Shown here in pieces: positions 57,902 to 64,000 of a DNA stretch of 64,000 nucleotides. A program made the translations under genes and the position numbers. The notes beneath the pieces are model-generated. The model was given only the letters and a program-made list of their open reading frames with translations. It had not been told where the DNA came from and made no database searches. The stretch covers positions 2,333,543 through 2,397,542 of the forward strand of contig OZ247428.1 of the NCBI GenBank assembly GCA_965232845.1, read 5' to 3'. The stretch is from Dehalococcoidia bacterium. GTDB lineage: Bacteria > Chloroflexota > Dehalococcoidia > Lucifugimonadales > UBA3495. The first letter of the stretch is position 1, and each line of letters begins with the position of its first letter.

Positions 57902-57937
57902 CCCCTCTCCCTCGGGGAGAGGGGCCGGGGGTGAGGG
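57902..57937. repeat. GC-rich palindromic (REP-like) element, variant 1
   Basis: cccctctccctcggggagaggggccgggggtgaggg. Near-identical copies lie at 60592-60630, 61091-61130 and 61586-61627, with a diverged copy at 61000-61037. Confidence 0.9.
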
Positions 57938-57962
57938 CGCCCCTTCCTTCCACTTCCCTCCC

Positions 57963-59513
57963 CTACTTCCCTTCCTTTATATGGTCGGCAATCTTCTCCC
58001 CGATGGCCAGCGTGGTTACGTTGGTGTTGGCGCGAATGCAGTCCGGCATAATGGAGGCGTCGACAATGCGCAGACCCTCCAGCCCGTACACTTTGCCGTA
58101 CTGGTTCACCACCGCCATGGGGTCGTCTGCCGTGCCCATCTTGCAGGTGCAGGATATGTGCTGCGACGTGGTCACCTCCCGCCGCATCCAGGCAGTCAGC
58201 GCCTCGTCCGACTCCATGTCCTCGTCGGTGGGCGAGACCCTTTCCTGGATGATGTCCTTGAAGGCCTCGTCATTGCCCAGGTCGACGCAGACCCGCACCG
58301 CCTCCCGCAACCGCCTAACGTCGAACTCCTCCTCCAGGTACCGGTAATCCAGGGTCGGCTGTTCGGCAGGGTCCGCCGATGCCAGTCGAAGCTCACCCGC
58401 CCCCACTGCCAGGTAGATGCCGGCGGTCATACGGATGCCCAACGGCACCATGCGATTGCCCCCCAGGTTCACCCTCTCGGTGGCGAAGGACTGCATGGTT
58501 ATTTTCATGTCGTTGCGCAGGTCCGAGTTTTCTGCGGTGTAGCGCAGCGTAAGCTGGGCCCGGGGCGCCAGACCGTCCAGTTCAAATCCTTCCTTGGTCC
58601 GCCAGGTAACCCACACTCCGGGATGGTCCCGCAGGTTCTGGCCCACTCCCGGCTTGTTCAACACCACCGGAATGCCCAGGCTGCTCAGGTGGTCGGCCGG
58701 GCCAACGCCCGACAGCAACAGGATCTGCGGCGACCCTATGGCGCCAGCGGACAGGATGATCTCCTCGCCCTCAACGGTAAAGGTCTCCCCGCCGCTTTCC
58801 AGTTCCACTCCCGTGGCCCGGTTTCCGTCGAAAATCAGGCGGTGTACCAGGCAGTTGGGGCGGATAGTCAGGTTCAGCCGATGCCGGGCCTGGTCCAAAT
58901 AGCCCATGGCCGTGCTGATGCGAATGCCATTGGGATTGTTCAGGGGAGTCGGCCCCACTCCGTAGGTATCCGGGTGGTTGTGGTCGGGACAGTCGGGATA
59001 GCCGGCGGCGCGGGCGGCGGTATAAAACGCCTGCTGGGCCGGCAGCCACGTCTCCCGCTTGAACCGGTGCATCACGATGGGCCCGTCGCCCCCGTGGAAG
59101 TCGTCTCCGCCGTAGTCCGTGTCCGTCTCGATTTGCCGGAAGTAGGGCAGCATGTTGGTGAAGGTCCACTCGTTGTTTCCCATGGCGGCCCAGGTGTCGT
59201 AGTCCTCGGGCACGCCCCGCAGGAAGACCTGGCCGTTAATGGCGCTGGAACCGCCGGTAACCTTGCCACGGGGCACCATCATCGGGGGCGCCTCGTCGGT
59301 GGCCTTGCCCACGAACTGCCAGTTGTGGTCGCTGGTCATCACGTCGGCCTCGGTGGCGTAGCCGAACTTCACCTCTTCAGGCAGGTCTTCAAAGTTGGGG
59401 TAATCAGCCCCCGCTTCCAGCAGCAGCACCGAGGTATTGGGATCTTCGGTAAGCCGCGTCGCCAGGATAGCCCCCGCAGAACCGGCCCCGATAATCACGT
59501 AGTCATACTTCAT
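57963..59513 (-). CDS. GMC-family FAD-dependent oxidoreductase (choline-dehydrogenase-like)
   Basis: YDYVIIGAGSAGAILATRLTED (GxGxxG), ..GGSSAINGQVF.RG.., C-terminal ..H.S.TCKMG...DP.AVV...G.V.G...LRIVDAS.MP.. Confidence 0.9.
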   Translation of the reverse strand: MKYDYVIIGAGSAGAILATRLTEDPNTSVLLLEAGADYPNFEDLPEEVKFGYATEADVMTSDHNWQFVGKATDEAPPMMVPRGKVTGGSSAINGQVFLRGVPEDYDTWAAMGNNEWTFTNMLPYFRQIETDTDYGGDDFHGGDGPIVMHRFKRETWLPAQQAFYTAARAAGYPDCPDHNHPDTYGVGPTPLNNPNGIRISTAMGYLDQARHRLNLTIRPNCLVHRLIFDGNRATGVELESGGETFTVEGEEIILSAGAIGSPQILLLSGVGPADHLSSLGIPVVLNKPGVGQNLRDHPGVWVTWRTKEGFELDGLAPRAQLTLRYTAENSDLRNDMKITMQSFATERVNLGGNRMVPLGIRMTAGIYLAVGAGELRLASADPAEQPTLDYRYLEEEFDVRRLREAVRVCVDLGNDEAFKDIIQERVSPTDEDMESDEALTAWMRREVTTSQHISCTCKMGTADDPMAVVNQYGKVYGLEGLRIVDASIMPDCIRANTNVTTLAIGEKIADHIKEGK

Positions 59514-59563
59514 CAGCCGACCTCCATGTTTACGAATGGATTGGCCTTTGCCATGTCAGGGGT

Positions 59564-59592
59564 AGCGTAATGGGCAGCCTGGGCGGTGTCAA
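59564..59592 (-). promoter_or_regulatory. candidate sigma70-like promoter of the GMC oxidoreductase gene
   Basis: On the minus strand, TTGACA (59592-59587)-17 nt-TACGCT (59569-59564). About 50 nt upstream of the ATG at 59513. Confidence 0.4.
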
Positions 59593-60043
59593 TGACGAGT
59601 TCAAGAGCGGAAATCCCTATCGGGATGGATCGCTTCGGTGGAATGCCGAACCTTGAGCCTAATATCACCGCTTGAAGTGGAAGTATGACAGTTTCCGCAG
59701 ACCCTCTGAGTGAGATTAATCGTCGTTCCTGACTTCACAGGAGCCTCGACGCTTTGGGTGCTGCATTTCCCACCCAGGGGCATCCGTGAATTGACTTTGA
59801 ATTTAACTACCGCTATCAGGAGCAGAAACCTGTGAAGCTTGGGCCTCCTCATTCATTCCCTCATCAATGAGTGCCTATCTTGATAATGAGTACCTGTCTT
59901 GATATAGGGGATTGACCTGGCCTTCTTCTCCCCTCGCGGCAATCTCCTCCTTGAACTCGAACCCGCTGACACCAGCCTATAGCCACTCCGTATGACCACC
60001 CTCTACCATTAACATTAGCTAACCCCGAGTCACATCAAGTTCA

Positions 60044-60630
60044 GGCCAGCCGCCTCGGTTTGCTGTCATTCTGAGCGAAGCCGAAGAATCCAAACTCCCC
60101 GCCAGCGGCCAACTCTCCCCACCAAAGTCAACGCACACGAGAAAAACTCCATGCCACATAACAAGCCCGAATCGGCAAGTCTAACCGGCACCCAAACCCG
60201 CCAAGAAGCCCCAATAACTGACCGGAAATTAACCAACCCACCGTCCACCGTCAGATAGCAAACGAACGAAACCGAGCGGAAATGAGCGGAAATGGAGGGA
60301 AAACAAAAAACTCGTGCCACCCTGTCCAGGGCAACCAACAGGCCAGCCGCCCCCGGTTTGCTGTCATTCTGAGCGAAGTCGAAGAATCTAAACTCCCCGC
60401 CAGCGGCCAACTCTCGGGACGCCAGTCACGTCGCCAGCCGGTTTCCCAATCCCAAAACAAGCCCGAATCGGCAAGCCTAACTGGCACCCAAACCCGCCAA
60501 AAAACCCCAAAAACTGACCAGGAATTAACCAACCCACGGTTTGCTGTCAGATAGCAAACGAACGAAACCGAGCGCCAATATCGGCCCCATGTCTCCCCTC
60601 TCCCTCAGGGAGAGGGGCCGGGGGTGAGGG
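60044..60630. repeat. left block of mosaic repeats (order A1-B1-C1-A2-B2-P)
   Basis: A-type units are at 60044-60117 and 60341-60447 (core ggtttgctgtcattctgagcgaagYcgaagaatc..aaactccccgccagcggccaactct). B-type units are at ~60158-60270 and 60453-60575 (acaagcccgaatcggcaagYctaac..acccaaacccgccaa..attaaccaaccca..gtcagatagcaaacgaacg). The C-type unit is at ~60270-60341 (ggaaatgagc iterations plus ctcgtgccaccctgtccagggcaaccaacagg). The P hairpin is at 60592-60630. Confidence 0.9.
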
Positions 60631-60652
60631 CAAAACATCAGGAGGCAATCCC

Positions 60653-60997
60653 ATGACCCTGTCCCAAATCAAAAACCAGGTACGTGCCCTGCAACGCAAG
60701 TACGCCAAGGAACTGGCCGTCCACCGTCTACGCCGCATGGCCGAGGAAGTCTTCCACGACTGGAACGCCACCGTCGCCGAAGGCAAGGAAGCCCCTGAAT
60801 CACATACCGTAATCTGGCGAATTGCCCAGCGCGGCTTCCGTCTCTATACCTACATGTCCCTTAACCACTACCTTACGCTCTGCAAGGAAGCGGGCAACAT
60901 TCCCGAACCGCGCCAGATCGTAAGTGTCCTGCTGCCTTGGGCCGACACCGGCGGCTACCTGGAAGGTTTCCGCTGGGATATGCCTGCCCAGGCCTGA
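60653..60997 (+). CDS. hypothetical protein (114 aa) bracketed by REP-like hairpins
   Basis: AGGAGG-7 nt-ATG. Non-repetitive, balanced composition (MTLSQIKNQVRALQRKYAKELAVHRLRRMAEE..). The stop is followed 2 nt later by a hairpin repeat (61000-61037). Confidence 0.6.
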   Translation: MTLSQIKNQVRALQRKYAKELAVHRLRRMAEEVFHDWNATVAEGKEAPESHTVIWRIAQRGFRLYTYMSLNHYLTLCKEAGNIPEPRQIVSVLLPWADTGGYLEGFRWDMPAQA

Positions 60998-60999
60998 TC

Positions 61000-61627
61000 A
61001 CCTCTCGCCCTTGGAGAGAGGGACCGGGGGGTGAAGGCAAACCTGTGTGTCTGCCCTGCAACGGGGCAAGACTCCTCCAACACAAACAACTCTCCCCTCT
61101 CCCTCGAGGAGAGGGGCCGGGGGTGAGGGCGTATCCCCCACCGGAACACTACTTCAGCTACAAAATGGGGGAAAATGAGCGAAAATGAAAGGAAAACAAA
61201 AATCTCGTGCCACCCTGTCCAGGGCAACCAACAGGCCAGCCGCCCCGGTTTTGCTGTCATTCTGAGCGAAGTCGAAGAATCTAAACTCCCCGCCAGCGGC
61301 CAACTCTCGGCACGCCAGTCACGCCGCCGGCCGGTTTCCCCCCGGTTTTGCTGTCATTCTGAGCGAAGTCGAAGAATCCAAACTCCCCGCCAGCGGCCAA
61401 CTCTTGGGATGCCAGTCACGCCGCCCGCCGGTTTCCCAACCTCATAACAAGCCCGAATCGGCAAGTCTAACTGGGACCCAAACCCGCCAAAAAGCCCCAA
61501 GAACTGACCAGAAATTAACCAACCCACAGTCCACTGTCAGATAGCAAACGAACGGAAATGAGCAGAAATGGAGGGGAAACAAGAACTCCCCCCCTCTCCC
61601 TCGGGGAGAGGGGCCGGGGGTGAGGGC
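61000..61627. repeat. right block of mosaic repeats (order P'-P-C2-A3-A4-B3-P)
   Basis: P' is at 61000-61037, P at 61091-61130 and C-type at ~61163-61235. Tandem A-type units are at 61234-61340 and 61341-61437 (period ~97 bp). B-type (with a short C-like tail) is at 61443-61585 and P at 61586-61627. All are in the same orientation as the left block. Confidence 0.9.
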
Positions 61628-61767
61628 CTTCATTCCCAAACTCCCATCCATGGTCTAATCCCTTGCTAATAGTTTTAACACAAACTTAATAAACATAGCC
61701 TCCTCCCTGTTGCCCCTTGTCTTATAATCCGGACATACACCAAATCGAAAACAGGAGAAGGAATAAT

Positions 61768-62763
61768 ATGAGCGCTGCAAAGACCATCTATGTCGGGATG
61801 CATGACGGCGTTTGTGCGGTTACCACCGAGGACGGCGGTTCGTCCTGGCAACAGGGCCCGGTTACTTCTCTCCCCCACGCCGCTGCCAGGCTCGTAGCCA
61901 GCCCGGTTAACTCCAAACGCGCCTACCTCGCAGCCTACGAAGCCGGTGTGTACCGTACCGATGACGGGGGTATGTCCTGGTCTCACCTGGATTCATACCC
62001 TTCCGACTACGCGCACAGTGTGCTGGCCCATCCCACCGAGGGCGACACCCTCTACGTCGGCAGCGAACCGGCGACGGTGTACCGCTCCGAAGACGGCGGC
62101 CAGACCTGGTCGGAACTCGAGGGCTTCACCCAGGTGCCCGAGTCGGTGGACTGGAGTTTCCATTCCCCCACCCGCGACTCCCACGTGCGGGACTTGCGGG
62201 TTGCCCCCGATGACCCCAACCGGATGTACGCCGGCATCGAGGTGGGCGGCATGGTCTGCACCGGCGACGGCGGCCGGACCTGGCAGCAGCTACCCGGGTT
62301 GAACGACGACATTCACTGCGTGGCCCTCAGCGACGACCGGCCTGGCAGCGTCTATGTCGCCACCGCTCGGGCTCCCTATCGTTCCAATGACGGGGGCGCC
62401 AATTGGGAGTTGATCAATGACGGTCTCGACCGGCGTTACACGCTGCACATCTCTCCGGCCCCCGACGATGCCAGCCTCGTGCTGGTAACCGTCTCCGAGA
62501 ATGCGCGGCGGCTCAATCCCCTTTTCTACCGCTCCACCGACAGCGGCGACAACTGGCAACTGGTGGATGCTGTGGGTCAGGGCACCGAGCCCGAGGACAT
62601 GGTCGTCGCCTTTGAGTGGGACCCGTCGGAGCCCAATCGGGTATATGCCGGCGCCGACGGTGGCAAACTCTTCCAGAGCGCCGACCGGGGCGCTACCTGG
62701 GAAGAACTGCCGGTCCGTCTTCCGTCCGTGGCGGTGGGGGCGTTGGCCATAGGCCCCAGCTAG
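61768..62763 (+). CDS. BNR/Asp-box repeat beta-propeller protein (sialidase-fold / Ycf48-like)
   Basis: Seven S/T-x-D-x-G-x-x-W boxes (TEDGGSSW, TDDGGMSW, SEDGGQTW, TGDGGRTW, SNDGGANW, STDSGDNW, SADRGATW). Start taken at ATG 61768 behind AGGAGAAGG. Confidence 0.85.
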   Translation: MSAAKTIYVGMHDGVCAVTTEDGGSSWQQGPVTSLPHAAARLVASPVNSKRAYLAAYEAGVYRTDDGGMSWSHLDSYPSDYAHSVLAHPTEGDTLYVGSEPATVYRSEDGGQTWSELEGFTQVPESVDWSFHSPTRDSHVRDLRVAPDDPNRMYAGIEVGGMVCTGDGGRTWQQLPGLNDDIHCVALSDDRPGSVYVATARAPYRSNDGGANWELINDGLDRRYTLHISPAPDDASLVLVTVSENARRLNPLFYRSTDSGDNWQLVDAVGQGTEPEDMVVAFEWDPSEPNRVYAGADGGKLFQSADRGATWEELPVRLPSVAVGALAIGPS

Positions 62764-63122
62764 CCACGCAGGCAAAGCGAGTCTGGCGAGTCCCAAGCCG
62801 CCTGTGGGGGACCTTCGGCCAGCGCGTCGAGCAGCCGTTGTTGAAGAGCCGTCAAGGCTGTTCCCCAAAGGCGGGGCAATCCTGTTCTCTATAAAGCGGG
62901 AATCGCCTTACACTCAGATTCGCTGCAGAACTGACCCTGTAGCTGGAGGACCGGATCGGGAATTTCGTGCGCTTATCCGGCCGGTCCCTGCAATCTGCCG
63001 TGGCTCTGGCCTGAATATACTGCCCGGCCCCTGCCAGGTGGGGCCGGGAGTTTCTTCTCACCTCTCCCGCCACATACCTGGGCCGCCAGGTGTGAGCATA
63101 CCCACATCGGAATTCTAGGTAG

Positions 63123-63151
63123 TTGACGGCGATAGTGGCTATTGCTAATAT
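63123..63151 (+). promoter_or_regulatory. sigma70-like promoter of the fur-family gene
   Basis: TTGACG (63123-63128)-17 nt-TAATAT (63146-63151). Confidence 0.5.
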
Positions 63152-63215
63152 CAACCTTGGAAGACCCCCTTTCACGAAAGCCTCCATTTTGGTAAAGGCA
63201 GCGTGGCTGAAGGAT

Positions 63216-63641
63216 ATGACAGCTCCCCTTACAACTCGCACCGAGATAATGTCGATCCTCGAAAATCGTGGCTACCGGGCTACTGCCCCCAGAAGGGCTA
63301 TCATCGAGCTTCTGGAAGGCAAGAAAGAAGGCTTCACCGCCGAAGAGATTAGCAACGAACTGCCCGGCGTCGGTCGTGCTACCGTGTTTCGCACGGTCAA
63401 ACTGCTGCTGAACGCGGGTGTCCTGTGCCGCCTCAACATGATGGACGGCGCCCCCAGGTACAGCATCTCCAGCGTTGAACACCACCACCACACCATCTGC
63501 GTCAAGTGCGGCAACGTGGGCGAGTTCCGGGCCACCAATATCGAAAACCTGATGCGGGCCCTCAGCGAGCAGATCCCCGGCGAGATTATAGGCCACCGCT
63601 TCGAGTTCTACGTGAACTGCGAGACCTGCCTCGCCAACTAG
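63216..63641 (+). CDS. Fur-family metalloregulator (Zur-like by context)
   Basis: ..LENRGYRATAPRRAIIELL....FTAEEI..EL...GRATVFRTVKLL...GVL.. wHTH. HHHHTICVKCG..(x)..CETC metal sites. Followed by a metal-type ABC ATPase. Confidence 0.85.
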   Translation: MTAPLTTRTEIMSILENRGYRATAPRRAIIELLEGKKEGFTAEEISNELPGVGRATVFRTVKLLLNAGVLCRLNMMDGAPRYSISSVEHHHHTICVKCGNVGEFRATNIENLMRALSEQIPGEIIGHRFEFYVNCETCLAN

Positions 63642-63740
63642 CCACCCCTTTGGAAGCCCCGGTCCTCAAGCATTCCAGGCAGCAACCACACGTTCCAATT
63701 GCCAGTTGCCCAGTCCAACTAACATAGCCTGTCCAAGCTG

Positions 63741-63769
63741 TTGTTCCCCTCTTTCAATCTAGGTATAAT
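63741..63769 (+). promoter_or_regulatory. sigma70-like promoter upstream of the ABC ATPase gene
   Basis: TTGTTC (63741-63746)-17 nt-TATAAT (63764-63769). About 42 nt upstream of the ATG at 63812. Confidence 0.45.
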
Positions 63770-63811
63770 CTTACAATCTAAACTTTTGATACATCGGCGC
63801 ATCTGTCTCGA

Positions 63812-64000
63812 ATGGACAATCCAGGGTATGGAGTGCAACCGGTGGCAACTGAACCAGCGATAACCGTTACCGACCTGACCGTGGAGCGAGACGGGTTCCG
63901 GGCCCTGTACAACGTCAACTTCCATATCGGCCCCAGCAACCTGGTGGGCGTGGTTGGACCAAACGGCGCCGGCAAGAGCACCCTGTTCGACGCCGTCGCC
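63812..64000 (+). CDS. ABC transporter ATP-binding protein, N-terminal fragment (metal/ZnuC-like by context)
   Basis: ..ITVTDLTVERDGFRALYNVNFHIGPSNLVGVVGPNGAGKSTLFDAV with Walker A GPNGAGKST. Continues beyond the window. Confidence 0.85.
   Translation, partial: MDNPGYGVQPVATEPAITVTDLTVERDGFRALYNVNFHIGPSNLVGVVGPNGAGKSTLFDAVA

Overview
High-G+C bacterial chromosomal segment. I found no rRNA, tRNA or CRISPR array by eye. By inference only, gene content suggests a Chloroflexota/Dehalococcoidia-type (SAR202-like) organism. The hints are a minimal rsmH-ftsA-ftsZ division cluster with no mur/ftsW/ftsI genes, a short EF-Ts, a deazaflavin-dependent nitroreductase, and two luciferase-like monooxygenases next to a GMC oxidoreductase. 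Core blocks on the minus strand are nrdR - orf90 - 0.7 kb gap - orf157 - nrdJ; yggT-proC-pdxA; and rsmH-ftsA-ftsZ. On the plus strand lies nfo..pgpA-rpsB-tsf-pyrH-frr-uppS-cdsA-dxr-[3.5 kb insertion]-rseP. Accessory content sits in visibly lower-G+C patches (judged by eye, not computed). It comprises two type II restriction-modification modules (11.3-13.4 kb and 48.5-50.7 kb), a VapBC-like pair followed by a frameshifted zinc-ribbon gene, a RelE/ParE-like pair whose toxin lacks a canonical start, an Xre-ImmA/IrrE pair directly downstream of nrdJ, a singleton with a nucleoside-2-deoxyribosyltransferase-like/TIR-like C-terminal domain (53.2-54.1 kb), and an unknown 288-aa gene behind a palindrome-embedded promoter (55.5-56.4 kb). 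The features least explained by ordinary annotation are five. (1) A family of three non-autonomous elements has ~13-22 bp terminal inverted repeats (CAGGGCAATCGCG...) and perfect 10-bp target-site duplications; each lies just upstream of a gene, two of them upstream of the R-M methyltransferases. (2) A ~1.6 kb mosaic of at least four interleaved repeat families brackets a small well-initiated ORF (60.0-61.6 kb). (3) A perfect 107-bp tandem duplication remodels a small membrane-protein gene. (4) An R-M plus membrane-protein insertion splits the normally contiguous dxr-rseP pair. (5) The nrdR-nrdJ locus carries two unknown ORFs and a long untranslated gap. I cannot name a complete, clearly novel multi-gene system with confidence. 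The candidates are listed with what would confirm or refute them.
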